Shown: piece after piece, positions 34,706 through 44,470 of the stretch
How the letters are laid out: each line of letters opens with the position of its first letter
How positions within the stretch are numbered: position 1 is the stretch's first letter
NCBI GenBank assembly: GCA_028284145.1
Contig: JANQSH010000050.1
Location: 24,112 to 88,111, forward strand
Direction: 5' to 3'
DNA length: 64,000 nt
From: Planctomycetaceae bacterium
Lineage (GTDB): Bacteria > Planctomycetota > Planctomycetia > Planctomycetales > Planctomycetaceae
The notes under the pieces: model-generated
Told to the model about the DNA's origin: nothing
What the model saw: the letters and a program-made list of their open reading frames with translations, nothing else
Database searches by the model: none
Program-made: the position numbers and the translations under genes

Positions 34706-34735
34706 GACACCGGTTTCAGGAACCGGTGTCTTTTT
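34706..34735. terminator. Intrinsic terminator between convergent genes (PQQ protein and PPIase)
   Basis: GACACCGGTT-TCAGG-AACCGGTGTC is a perfect 10-bp stem (34707-34730) followed by TTTTT (34731-34735) on the plus strand. The reverse strand has the same stem followed by a weaker U tract. Confidence 0.7.
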
Positions 34736-35652
34736 CATTGAGTCCGTTCGATCTTTGCTGACGCGCGTTGTTGCGTCACGATTTTCGACCACATCTCCTG
34801 CGCCAGTTGTTGGAACACGACGGATCGCACATCTTCCAGCGATAACTGGCCGGGACGTTTGTCGGTGATCTGAATCAGGTGCACACCGAATCGACTGCGA
34901 AATGGTTCACTGATCTCGCCAACTTCAAGGTCGAACGCGACACTGGTAAACGATTGAGGCATCGATCCGCTGAATGCAAAGTAGCCGACGTCGCCGCCGT
35001 CTTTGGCTGTCGGTGCTTGTGAGTTTTTTTGGGCAGCTTCTTCAAAAGTGACATTCCCCGCCTTGATGCCCGTACGCAACACGGACAGTTGACGTTCCGC
35101 TTCCATCCATCCCGATTCACCTGCATTGGTCGGGACTTTAATCAGAATCTGTCGCGCCCGCAATTCCGTGCCGTCAAACCTCGTCTTGTTCTCGCGGTAA
35201 TACTTCCGCAGCCGCGATTGCGGAATAACGAGTCTCGCATACAACTGCCACGCCAGCGGCAGTTGTATTTCCTTTCGCAACGTTTCTTCAGTCATGCCGA
35301 GCCCGGCGAGTATTTTGGCCGGATCGTCTCCCTTTGCACGGATGGCCGATTGAATCCGTTCGACTTGTGCGTCGATCGCGACCGGTTTCACTTTCACGCC
35401 ACGCATCTTGAGAAACCCGCGCATCAATTCCCGTTCAATCAGTTGCTGGAGCACCTGTTCGTGCGTTTTGTCACGCATTTCCAATGGAATGTGCCGCATG
35501 ACCTGGAACAACGCCACGTCCGCCTCGGTGATCACAGTGCCATTCACTGTTGCCAATGTCCTGGGTGGTTGAGCAGCGAAACAGAGGGATGGACCAGCGG
35601 CCATCAGGTAATAAACGACAAGTGATCGTAAGACAGGCCGGGATGATCGCAT
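34735..35652 (-). CDS. Parvulin-type peptidyl-prolyl cis-trans isomerase (SurA/PrsA-like), exported
   Basis: The internal ATG at 35652 gives MRSSRPVLRSLVVYYLMAAGPSLCFAAQPP (signal). The SurA-N-like segment is ATVNGTVITEADV.... The rotamase domain is ELRARQILIKV...FEEAAQKNSQAPTAKDGGDVGYFAFSGSMPQSFTSVAFDLEVGEISEPFRSRFGVHLIQITDKR. The 47 upstream codons of the tracked ORF fall inside repeat copy b. Confidence 0.85.
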   Translation of the reverse strand: MRSSRPVLRSLVVYYLMAAGPSLCFAAQPPRTLATVNGTVITEADVALFQVMRHIPLEMRDKTHEQVLQQLIERELMRGFLKMRGVKVKPVAIDAQVERIQSAIRAKGDDPAKILAGLGMTEETLRKEIQLPLAWQLYARLVIPQSRLRKYYRENKTRFDGTELRARQILIKVPTNAGESGWMEAERQLSVLRTGIKAGNVTFEEAAQKNSQAPTAKDGGDVGYFAFSGSMPQSFTSVAFDLEVGEISEPFRSRFGVHLIQITDKRPGQLSLEDVRSVVFQQLAQEMWSKIVTQQRASAKIERTQ

Positions 35653-35741
35653 GTCAGTCTCTCCAAAGTCGGGAGGAATTTGAAAGCAACCGGATACTAG
35701 AATTTGACAACTTGACTGGCAATAGAGCAGTTTACCTTTTT

Positions 35742-35810
35742 GCGTAACGTCTCTGGCTGGTGGGGGCCTGTGTTTGCAGGCCAATCGGCGCACATCGCGG
35801 GGCAGAGCCT
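35742..35810 (-). repeat. Intergenic repeat family, copy b (reverse orientation, hairpin module degenerate)
   Basis: GCGTAACGTCTCTGGCTGGTGGGGGCCTGTGTTTGCAGGCCAATCGGCGCACATCGCGGGGCAGAG is the reverse complement of the family core. The palindrome end is not conserved. Confidence 0.8.
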
Positions 35811-35816
35811 GGGTTT

Positions 35817-36200
35817 CTATGTAGGCTTCGTCGCCGTACCGACAACGGTTACGTATTGTTCGCTGTGATCTTGTTCGCTGTGATCGTAAACAACCGGCTC
35901 GGTTTCTTTCTTCACCGGTGTCTGTTGTCGCGGGATGTGCCGGTTGATCCGCGTTTGCACCCGGTTGCGGGAGCGTTCTTCGTTCAACTCATCCCGCAGT
36001 CGTTCGCGTCGGCTTGAAACCAATCCGAGGCCAAAGTAAGCGATCAACCCGATGATTCCGGCCAGATAAACGTACATCTCGACAACGGGCGAAACATGCT
36101 GCCCCGCCACGAGGCCGAACAGAAAGGCACTCAGAATCAGAATCGTGGTGTGGCTGAGAACGGCTGACTGCGTCGGTTTTTTTTCGGGGCGAGAACCCAT
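35817..36200 (-). CDS. Hypothetical membrane protein (two TM segments)
   Basis: 127-aa ORF with ATG at 36200. TM segments are TTILILSAFLFGLVAG and VYLAGIIGLIAYFGLGLV, followed by a charged tail. It contains a perfect 15-nt tandem duplication (35856-35885, DHSEQ x2). Confidence 0.5.
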   Translation of the reverse strand: MGSRPEKKPTQSAVLSHTTILILSAFLFGLVAGQHVSPVVEMYVYLAGIIGLIAYFGLGLVSSRRERLRDELNEERSRNRVQTRINRHIPRQQTPVKKETEPVVYDHSEQDHSEQYVTVVGTATKPT

Positions 36201-36309
36201 TGTGCACTCCAGAGATGAAAATCCCGCGCATCAGTCGGCGCATTCTGCCCAAGAATAGGTTACAAATGGCCGGTCGTCAAAGAGATTTTTCGAGCGCAAT
36301 CCACTTTCG

Positions 36310-38058
36310 ATGCGGGAATCCGCCCAACCGATTCGCTATTCTGGGGAGGCATCAACGCAAAAAGCATTCGCACAATCAACGAAAGTGAATCAACCCGTGA
36401 AACTGGCTCTGGCACAACTCAATCCCATTGTAGGCGATCTCGAAGGCAATGCGGGCCTCGTCAAACAGGCCACCCAAGAGGCGGCAAAGCGAGGGGCCGA
36501 TCTTCTTATTACCCCGGAGATGATCATCAGTGGCTATCCGCCCAAAGATTTATTGTTGCGGGAGTCGTTTGTGCAGGCTTGCGATCGCGCGGTCGAACAA
36601 CTCGCGAAGGAACTTGCGGGGACGATAGCCGTGTTGATTGGACACCCCACCCATCGCGAGGCTCCGGAAGACCGGATCGCCAATGCCGCGTCACTTTTGC
36701 TGAATGGCGAGATCGTCGCCACAACCCACAAGACGTTACTGCCGAATTACGATGTGTTCGACGAACGTCGCTATTTTCGCCCGGCCGACAATCCGACGCT
36801 GATCGAATTCCGGGGGCGAAAACTGGGCGTCCACATTTGCGAAGATGCCTGGTGGGGCGAGCCGGACACCGCATACCACGATGACCCGTGTGGCCAGTTC
36901 GATCCCGTCGCGTATCTTGTGGAAAAAGGCGCCGAAGTGTTAATCAACCTTTCGGCCAGCCCGTTCGAGATCAGCAAGCCGGATCGTCGCGTCGGCCTGC
37001 TCGAAAGACATGTCAAATCGCATCAGCGACCGTTTGTTTTCGTCAATCAGGTGGGAGGCAACGACGATCTGGTCTTCGACGGTAACGGATTGGTACTGAA
37101 TGAACGAGGTGAGCTTGTCGCACAACTCGCGCAGTTCGAGCCAGACTTGCAAGTCGTCGATCTCGACAATCCACTGAATGCAGAGGAACCGATCGATGTC
37201 CATTACGAAATGGATTTGCTCAACGCACTTACGCTCGGCTTGAAGGATTACATGCGGAAGTGCAGCTTCAAGGAATGTGTGTTGGGACTTTCCGGTGGCA
37301 TCGACAGCGCATTGGCCTGTTACATCGCCGCGCGAGCGGTTGGGCCGGAGAACGTCCACGGGTTGCTGATGCCCAGCCGCTACAGCAGCGATCATAGTGT
37401 GGATGACGCGATGAAGCTGGCAGAGAATCTGGGGTGTGACGCGCAGGTGATACCAATTGATGAAGTGCACCGTGCGTATGAACGCTCCGTTGTTATTGGA
37501 GAGGAACTGACGAGCGACCCGGCGGGATTGGCGGACCAGAATCTGCAGGCCCGCATTCGAGGTGCGATGGTGATGGTCCGCAGCAATCGCAATGGCTGGA
37601 TCGCATTGGCTACCGGCAACAAGAGCGAAATCGCCGTTGGCTACTGCACGCTGTATGGGGACATGGCGGGCGGCTTCGCGGTTTTGAGCGACATCTTCAA
37701 GCGGGATGTTTACTCAGTCTCGCGGTACATCAACGAGGTGGTCGAACAGCGGGAGGTCATTCCCGACAATATCATCAACAAGGCACCAAGTGCAGAGTTG
37801 GCTCCGGATCAGTTTGACCAGGATGTGCTGCCTCCTTACCCCGTCCTTGATGCAATTCTGGAAGGACTGGTGGAGAACGAACGCTCGGTCGAAAGTCTGA
37901 GCAAAGAGCATCCGGCGGAAACGGTCCGCTGGGTCGCCAGCCGTTTGGACCGCAACGAATTCAAACGTCGGCAGCTTTCACCCGGTATCAAGCTGTCGCA
38001 ACGAGCTTTTGGCAGCGGTCGAAGATTCCCCATGGCGGCCAGGCTCGATTATTCCTGA
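36310..38058 (+). CDS. nadE: Glutamine-dependent NAD+ synthetase
   Basis: The N-terminal nitrilase-like domain is [20 protein letters not shown]...LLITPEM...ICEDAW. The C-terminal synthetase domain has the [14 protein letters not shown]-PPase P-loop. ATG at 36310, with a possible GTG start at 36385. Confidence 0.9.
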   Translation: MRESAQPIRYSGEASTQKAFAQSTKVNQPVKLALAQLNPIVGDLEGNAGLVKQATQEAAKRGADLLITPEMIISGYPPKDLLLRESFVQACDRAVEQLAKELAGTIAVLIGHPTHREAPEDRIANAASLLLNGEIVATTHKTLLPNYDVFDERRYFRPADNPTLIEFRGRKLGVHICEDAWWGEPDTAYHDDPCGQFDPVAYLVEKGAEVLINLSASPFEISKPDRRVGLLERHVKSHQRPFVFVNQVGGNDDLVFDGNGLVLNERGELVAQLAQFEPDLQVVDLDNPLNAEEPIDVHYEMDLLNALTLGLKDYMRKCSFKECVLGLSGGIDSALACYIAARAVGPENVHGLLMPSRYSSDHSVDDAMKLAENLGCDAQVIPIDEVHRAYERSVVIGEELTSDPAGLADQNLQARIRGAMVMVRSNRNGWIALATGNKSEIAVGYCTLYGDMAGGFAVLSDIFKRDVYSVSRYINEVVEQREVIPDNIINKAPSAELAPDQFDQDVLPPYPVLDAILEGLVENERSVESLSKEHPAETVRWVASRLDRNEFKRRQLSPGIKLSQRAFGSGRRFPMAARLDYS

Positions 38059-39039
38059 TCACCGTTCGCGCCAGAGGATCTCATCGCTGATCTCGAGTTC
38101 CTCCTGTTTGGCCGCGATCTCTTCGCGAAACCGTTTTGCGTCCTGCGGGTAGCCTTTCGTCGGCTTGAGTTCCGGCAGGTGTTCCCGCCAGAACTGGTTG
38201 AACAGATCCATTGACAACTCGCGGATATATTTGGCGACCATCGACGCCAGCGCCACCGGAAGATGTTGCTCGGCCTTCATCTGGAAGCGGATTTCGGTTT
38301 CCCCGATGCGGTAGACACTCCGCTCCATAGTTTCCTCGCCACGGAAAATCATCTGGCCATCGAGAATGTCCGCAAGGAATGTGTCGTAACGATTGCGGCC
38401 ACCATGTTTGTCGCAGAAGACCTGCGTCGACTGAGCCGCATCGGGATTCCACATCCGCCGCAGCAATGAGAGCGAAAGCTGCGAAAGGGCGATTCCCTTG
38501 GAATCGGCGGCGCGCACCAGTCGATTGAAACGGCGGGGGGAAACGATATCCGCTGCAACTGCCATCAGTCTGACACCCGCATTGTCGCAGCACTCCTGCC
38601 AGCGTAAGAAGGTCTCCTGATTGATCGTCCCTTTATCATTCGTTGGCAGTGAAAGGTCGCCGGCTTCAAGCCAGCTTTGCGACACATTTTCTTCCGGGTG
38701 TGCATCCGTGCTGGAAAAGAAACCGGTGTCATTGCGTGACATCAGCAGTGAAACAAGTTCGACGAATGAGGTTGTTCCCACTCCATTTACTGCCAGGGCT
38801 GTCAGGACCGACTTTTCCAAACGGGCAATTCCCCGGGCGGGAGTGTAGACGTCTTTCGAGTCGGCGATGTGCAGACGGGGATCGTTCCGTTCAGGCTGAT
38901 TGGTGACAACCGTTTCGAATGCGCTCCAAAGATCACAATCACGCGGATGACCGGGTACTTCCCACACTGTTGTGGCAATCACGAGCGGCCCCAGATTGGG
39001 ACCGTATCCTGCTTCGTCCATTCCGATGATGAGACCCAT
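38059..39039 (-). CDS. Divergent RNase HII-like (type 2 RNase H fold) protein, 326 aa
   Basis: MGLIIGMDEAGYGPNLGPLVIA compares with the RNase HII motif GxDEAGRGPxxGPxV. HIADSKDV compares with the DSK motif. VALASMVAKYIRELSMDLF compares with ASIxAKVxRD. It carries long insertions relative to canonical enzymes. Its stop abuts the nadE stop (38058/38059). Confidence 0.55.
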   Translation of the reverse strand: MGLIIGMDEAGYGPNLGPLVIATTVWEVPGHPRDCDLWSAFETVVTNQPERNDPRLHIADSKDVYTPARGIARLEKSVLTALAVNGVGTTSFVELVSLLMSRNDTGFFSSTDAHPEENVSQSWLEAGDLSLPTNDKGTINQETFLRWQECCDNAGVRLMAVAADIVSPRRFNRLVRAADSKGIALSQLSLSLLRRMWNPDAAQSTQVFCDKHGGRNRYDTFLADILDGQMIFRGEETMERSVYRIGETEIRFQMKAEQHLPVALASMVAKYIRELSMDLFNQFWREHLPELKPTKGYPQDAKRFREEIAAKQEELEISDEILWRER

Positions 39040-39305
39040 CTTCCAGTCCTCAATTTCAGTAGGACAGATTCAGTAGGACAGAGGCCTCCCTGCCGGTTCT
39101 GTATCGACGCGGCGTCGCGGCTGGGAAAAAAGATCGCGAGACGGACCAGACATACGAGATACATAATCTCTCGCCAGGGCACCAGGCATGCGAAGAAGAT
39201 TTGGACAGGAAGCCAGGCCCTGCTTCTCCAATATCGCCCCATCTCCCTTCAGAATCCGAAGCACCGTATTTCGGGGATGGGGTTGTGTGGCGATGAATGC
39301 AGGTA

Positions 39306-40541
39306 TCAATGCGCCTGACCGAAGAGGACGGAACGCACCGTCGGTTTGTTCTCTGCATCGAATTCGGTTTCGATCACGGCTTCTTCGCGGAGTTCGGCAA
39401 TAACGGATTTGGACTGCTCTTCCCGTGCCAATGCCAGAAGTTTGTCGCGAATCTCATTCTGAACCACTTCAAATTTTGTGAATCCGGTGTCCTGCCGTTC
39501 GACCACCCTCACCAACTGAAAATCATCCTCACGCTCGAACACACGAGAAATGGATCGCTTTGAGCCGACGGGAAGCTCGAACAAGGCTCGTTCAATTTCT
39601 GTGTCTTCGAGTGATCCGGGTTCGGTCCAGTCCCAGTTCCCGCCGTTGTTTGCGGTTGGTCCGTCGGAGTACTTTTTTGCCACTTCGTCAAACGCGATGT
39701 CGCGACGCAACTCGTCGATTGCCTTGACCAGCACATTTTTGGCGGCCTCTTTCCCGCCATGTTCTTTATGAGAGACCAGGATCTGTTGCCAGCGGACTTT
39801 GCTCTGAATTTTGTAATCGTCGATGTTCTTCTGGTAGTACGCGTAGAGTTCTTCGCGACCGATCTTTTGAGGCACATCCACCTTTTGACGCAGGTATTCC
39901 ATCGCCAGCCGCTGGTTGGTAAACGCCTCTTTGAGCGTTGCCAGTGTCATGTTGTTTTCATGCAACATCTGGTGCAGCTCGACTTTGGAATTCGCACCAA
40001 AGCGTTCCATCAATTTATCGATTTCCTTTTCGAACAGATCTCCCAACTGAATCTCGACCTGTTCCATCTGTGCCGGTTCCAAAGTGGATTTCAACTGTTG
40101 AACCAGCAACACGCGGTCGATGTGATCGTTCAGGTCCCGTTTGAGCAGGCCGTCTCGAAGTTGGCGGTATTGGAACGGGGGGGCCTCGGCTTTCACTTTG
40201 GCAAGATTGGTTCCGTAACGTGCGAGAACGTCTGCAGCAAAAATAGGTTCGCCGTTGACGGTGGCAACCACATGACCGAAGTCATTCTCTCCGGTCGATG
40301 TGGAATTGCTATAGGAGACCGGAACGGCTTCACCCGGTTTGACACCGTTGACTTTCGGATCAAGCGGATCGTTGATATAGGCGTCGCCGCTGTATTCGGA
40401 ATCGTTCTGAAGCGCGACGCGCGGCGGAGCTTCGGGCATGACCGGGTTGTCCACCCGGGACGTGCGGAGACTGTCACAACCTGCCAGAAGAGACAGGCCG
40501 AGAATCACGATCGTTGCCTTTTGCATGTTTCTGTGTTCCAT
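39306..40541 (-). CDS. SurA-like chaperone / PpiC-type peptidyl-prolyl isomerase lipoprotein
   Basis: M(M)EHRNMQKATIVILGLSLLAGCDS has a lipobox (LLAGC). ATVNGEPIFAADVLARYG is SurA-N-like. The C-terminal rotamase-like segment is VRWQQILVSHKEHGGKEAAKNV...KYSDGPTANNGGNWDWTEPGSLEDTEIERALFELPVG. Possible starts are 40544 (GTG), 40541 (ATG) and 40526 (ATG). Confidence 0.8.
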   Translation of the reverse strand: MEHRNMQKATIVILGLSLLAGCDSLRTSRVDNPVMPEAPPRVALQNDSEYSGDAYINDPLDPKVNGVKPGEAVPVSYSNSTSTGENDFGHVVATVNGEPIFAADVLARYGTNLAKVKAEAPPFQYRQLRDGLLKRDLNDHIDRVLLVQQLKSTLEPAQMEQVEIQLGDLFEKEIDKLMERFGANSKVELHQMLHENNMTLATLKEAFTNQRLAMEYLRQKVDVPQKIGREELYAYYQKNIDDYKIQSKVRWQQILVSHKEHGGKEAAKNVLVKAIDELRRDIAFDEVAKKYSDGPTANNGGNWDWTEPGSLEDTEIERALFELPVGSKRSISRVFEREDDFQLVRVVERQDTGFTKFEVVQNEIRDKLLALAREEQSKSVIAELREEAVIETEFDAENKPTVRSVLFGQAH

Positions 40542-40836
40542 CACAAGTGGGGGGATGCCCGCTCCGCAATTGATCGGAATATCAAGTCAACGAAAAACAA
40601 AAAGTGGATATTCCGGCTGCTGACGTTGCGCATCCATGCCGTCAACATGGTCCATTCATTGAAATGTTATCGGCTTTTCAAGGGGGAATCTGGACTCGGT
40701 GTGTGGCCAGAAAGGGAGGGAATTATAAGGTCATCAACCAGAATCCGTCAACTTCTGTTTTCCAGTTGCGCCAAAACTCCCAATTTCCGATCGTATCGAT
40801 TGCGAAAGATTCCCAGGCAATTTCTGCCGGTCGATT

Positions 40837-43800
40837 TCATCCCACTTCCGCGACCGAAGGTTCTTCCACGACCAATATGTCTTGCAGGAGTTGGATCAGT
40901 GCGTCGTCCGTTTTGTCTCTTTCCTGGAGCAAAAGATAGGCGGATTTCCCGTCGACGATCCGCAAGTCGGAACCAACCTGATCCGCCAATGCCTTCACTT
41001 TCGACTCATTACGATAACCGAAAACCGCGAACCGCTCTTCCAATCGAATTTCGTCGATCTGCCAGAATTGCGCATAGACCTGCAGACGCTTCAGTTCCAG
41101 CAGACGCTCGGTCACATCGGGAACCGGGCCGAAACGATCTCGCAACTCGTTGTGCAGTTCATCCAGTTGTTGCAGGGTGAGGATGGAGGAGATCCGACGG
41201 TAGACCTCAATCTTTTGCCGTCCCGGTGGAACATACGAACCGGGCAAGTAGGCCGTGATGGGCAGGTCGATGTTGACATGTTTGTGTTCCCGCAAGGGCA
41301 TCCGCTTCATGCGACGGACGGCATTCTCCAGCAGTTGGCAATAGAGTTCATAGCCGACAACAGAAATGTGCCCGCTCTGTTCGGTGCCGAGAATGTTTCC
41401 AGCTCCACGAATTTCCAAATCCCGCATGGCAATTTTGAAACCGGCCCCGAGTTCGCTGTATTCCTCGATTGCCTTCAATCGTTTGGCTGCCGTTGTGGTA
41501 ATCGGTTTGCCCTCTTCCAGCAGCAGGTAACAATAGGCGCGGTGGCGATACCGGCCCACACGACCTCGCAATTGGTGCATGTCGGCCAGCCCGTAATTGC
41601 CGGCATCGTGGATGAATATCGTGTTCGCGTTGGGGATGTCGAGCCCGCTTTCGATGATCGTTGTGCAAACGAGAATGTCAGTCTTCCCGGAAACGAAATC
41701 GACCATCGCCCGCTCCAGTTCGTCCGGCTTCATTTGTCCATGTCCGATGCCGATACTCGCTTCGGGAACAATTGTCTGAATACGGTCGGCAATGGGTTGG
41801 ATGTTGTAAACGCGGTTGTGCACAAAATAGACCTGTCCACCCCGATTCATCTCTCGAACAATAGCGTGGCGAATCAGTTCAGGGTCAAACCGGACAATTC
41901 GGGTCTCGATGGCGAGGCGGTCCTGCGGCGGTGTCAGCAGGTTCGAGATGTCACGAATACCGAGTAAGGACAAATGCAACGTTCTTGGGATGGGCGTGGC
42001 GGAGAGCGTTAATACGTCTACCTCGAGCCGCATCCGCTTGAGCATGTCTTTGGCATCGACACCAAACCGCTGTTCCTCGTCAATGATCAGCAGACCGAGA
42101 TCTTTGAAAAGAACGTCTTTCTGCACGAGCCGATGCGTGCCAATGACCAGATCCACCTGTCCCTGTTCCAACCGGTTGAGAATATCGCGTTGTTCTCCTT
42201 TGGTCCGGAATCGTGAAAGAACTTCGATCTGAAATGGAAACTCGGCCATCCGCTCGGTGAAGGTGCGGAAATGCTGCTCGGCCAGCACTGTCGTCGGCAC
42301 GAGAACGCCGACTTGTCGCCCCGCTTCAATCGCCTTGAATGCGGCACGAATGGCGACTTCAGTTTTGCCGTAGCCGACGTCACCGCAGATCAAACGGTCC
42401 ATTGGCCGCGACTTCTGCATGTCCTGCTTGATGTCGATGATGGCGTCGAGTTGATCTGGCGTTTCGGTGTAGCTGAAGGTGGCTTCAAACTCCTGTTGCC
42501 AGTGACTGTCGGACGGGTAGGAAATACCAGGTTGCGCTTCGCGGGCCGCTTGTAGCCGCAGCATTTCGCTGGCCATATCTTTGACGGCGTCAGCCACCTT
42601 TTCCTTCTTTTTCGACCAGCCCGTTCCCCCTAACCTGGAAAGCCGCGGGGCTGTCCCGGCGGCACCAATGTATTTTTGCACGAGGTGAATCAGCGAGACC
42701 GGCACGTAAATCAACAGACCGTCACGGAATTCCACGACCAGATGTTCCTCGGCCTGATCCTCTTTTTCAAGAAGTTTCATCCCTTTATAACGGCCAATGC
42801 CGTGCGACAAATGAACCACCAGATCATTTTCGTTCAACTCCAGAAAACTGTCGATGGCTCGTGAATCAGTCCTTTTCCGGAGACGCTTGCCACGACGAAG
42901 ATCGGTCCGCTGGAACAATTCATGATCGCTGATGACCAGCAATTTCTGCTCCACCATCCGGAAGCCACGCATCACATGACCGAGGCAAAGTTGCACACGG
43001 TTTTCGAGGCGCGGTTCGTCGGATACAATCAATTCCTGCAGCCTTTGTTGTTCCCCTTCGTTGTGACAGGCGAGAATGACCGTTTCGTCCGGCACGAGGA
43101 TGTCAGCCAATTCCGAGAGTGCCTTCGTACCGACATTCGACAAGCGTTCCAGCGACTCCATTCGCAAATGACATGAAACCTCCATGCTGTCCGCTGCGAT
43201 GGCGGAGATGGTGACTGAAGGAAACCCGGTACACTGCGCCAAGGTCGTATCGATAGAATAGAGTCCGCGCGGATCATCCAGACGTGCGAGATAATTGTGT
43301 CCTTCTGCAATCATGCCTGCCAGATCGACGAACGCGATCCAACTGTTCTCCGGCAGTGAATCGAGCAGGCTTTCGCCGCTCTTTTCAGGCTTTGATGTTG
43401 AGGAGGCAACTTCCGCATCACGCGAATCTTCCAGATGTACGGGCGAGACCAGCGTCAGCGTGATTTGCGAAAGGTCCTCGACCTTGCGTTGCGTTTCGAC
43501 ATCAAACGATCGCATGGAATCGACCGTATCGCCGAAAAACTCGATGCGTATTGGGTCGACAGCGTCGGGCGGAAAAATGTCAAGAATTCCGCCGTGCATG
43601 GTGAATTCGCCAGGAACTTCGATTGTGTGAACCCGTTCGAATCCCCGATCGACCAGTTCTCGCAACAACGTTTCCGGTTCGATTTCATCGTCGACGCGAA
43701 TGGTGAAGGAGCTTTGTTCAATCGTTTGTTGAGACGGAACCGGCTGCAGCAATGCGGGCAACGCCGCGACGACAAGTTTCGGAGGTTGTTCCGAATGGAG

Positions 43801-44151
43801 ATCACCCAACACACGCAATCGACCGCCGAAAATCGCGTCGGAGACATCGTGTTCTTCCGGCAACGTTTCCCAGGCAGGAAAGACGACAGGTGTTTCCTCC
43901 GAGAACCCGGCGAGATCCAACGCGAAGTCATCGACTTCAGCAATTCGCGGCACAATCACAAGGAAGACGTCCGGACAGGCATTCGCCAGAGCTGCTGCAC
44001 TCATCGCGCACGATGACCCCCAGGCTCCGTCGATGGCGGCACTCTGCCCGTTTTGCAGAGCTGCCTGTACCGCGTCGAAACCTTTTTCCCCGGCAACGGT
44101 TTTTGCCAGGTCACTCAGGGTCTGGATACGGACGCTGGCCTGTTTCGGCAT
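40837..44151 (-). CDS. mfd: Transcription-repair coupling factor
   Basis: The internal ATG at 44151 gives MPKQASVRIQT.... The CarD/RID-like segment is LVVHLSHGIGRYKGM. Superfamily-2 helicase motifs are LICGDVGYGKTEVA (Walker A), LLIIDEEQRFG (DEEQ), TLSATPIPRT and QLRGRVGR. The TRG region and C-terminal D7 domain are present. Confidence 0.93.
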   Translation of the reverse strand: MPKQASVRIQTLSDLAKTVAGEKGFDAVQAALQNGQSAAIDGAWGSSCAMSAAALANACPDVFLVIVPRIAEVDDFALDLAGFSEETPVVFPAWETLPEEHDVSDAIFGGRLRVLGDLHSEQPPKLVVAALPALLQPVPSQQTIEQSSFTIRVDDEIEPETLLRELVDRGFERVHTIEVPGEFTMHGGILDIFPPDAVDPIRIEFFGDTVDSMRSFDVETQRKVEDLSQITLTLVSPVHLEDSRDAEVASSTSKPEKSGESLLDSLPENSWIAFVDLAGMIAEGHNYLARLDDPRGLYSIDTTLAQCTGFPSVTISAIAADSMEVSCHLRMESLERLSNVGTKALSELADILVPDETVILACHNEGEQQRLQELIVSDEPRLENRVQLCLGHVMRGFRMVEQKLLVISDHELFQRTDLRRGKRLRKRTDSRAIDSFLELNENDLVVHLSHGIGRYKGMKLLEKEDQAEEHLVVEFRDGLLIYVPVSLIHLVQKYIGAAGTAPRLSRLGGTGWSKKKEKVADAVKDMASEMLRLQAAREAQPGISYPSDSHWQQEFEATFSYTETPDQLDAIIDIKQDMQKSRPMDRLICGDVGYGKTEVAIRAAFKAIEAGRQVGVLVPTTVLAEQHFRTFTERMAEFPFQIEVLSRFRTKGEQRDILNRLEQGQVDLVIGTHRLVQKDVLFKDLGLLIIDEEQRFGVDAKDMLKRMRLEVDVLTLSATPIPRTLHLSLLGIRDISNLLTPPQDRLAIETRIVRFDPELIRHAIVREMNRGGQVYFVHNRVYNIQPIADRIQTIVPEASIGIGHGQMKPDELERAMVDFVSGKTDILVCTTIIESGLDIPNANTIFIHDAGNYGLADMHQLRGRVGRYRHRAYCYLLLEEGKPITTTAAKRLKAIEEYSELGAGFKIAMRDLEIRGAGNILGTEQSGHISVVGYELYCQLLENAVRRMKRMPLREHKHVNIDLPITAYLPGSYVPPGRQKIEVYRRISSILTLQQLDELHNELRDRFGPVPDVTERLLELKRLQVYAQFWQIDEIRLEERFAVFGYRNESKVKALADQVGSDLRIVDGKSAYLLLQERDKTDDALIQLLQDILVVEEPSVAEVG

Positions 44152-44388
44152 CGTGCGAATTGTACGCAGTGCGGGCGAAAAATGGCAGGCTCGAACGTGG
44201 AATGATTGGCATGAACATTTCCAGTGGCAACATGCCACGCTTGTGGGGCAGACGGCTGTTGGGCGTGCGATGGTTGAAGTGCTGAGGATCAATGACCCAG
44301 ACCACGTTGAATTGTGGCGACTCCTGATTGCCAGTGGGCTGTTTCCTCCGCCGGAGTTGGGCCGTTGTTTAGAGCAGTTTCCCTTTTC

Positions 44389-44470
44389 GTGTGACGGTTC
44401 TCGCTCGTGGGAATCTACACTTGCAGGCCAGGAGACAATTTTCGCACCATAGAAGAGCGTAATACGCTCC
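44389..44470 (-). repeat. Intergenic repeat family, copy c (reverse orientation)
   Basis: GTGTGACGGTTCTCGCTCGTGGGAATCTACACTTGCAGGCCAGGAGACAATTTTCGCACCATAGAAGAGCGTAATACGCTCC, with the perfect palindrome GAGCGTA-A-TACGCTC at the 3' end on the plus strand. It lies in the mfd/secretin divergent spacer. Confidence 0.8.

Noticed and set aside
34605-34868. ORFs and the recurring pseudo-peptide ..LACKH..ARDVT.K.K.. generated by the intergenic repeat
   Set aside because: The frame is not conserved between copies because indels shift it. There is no common start or stop, and the copies occur in both orientations relative to genes. The conservation is interpreted as nucleotide-level.
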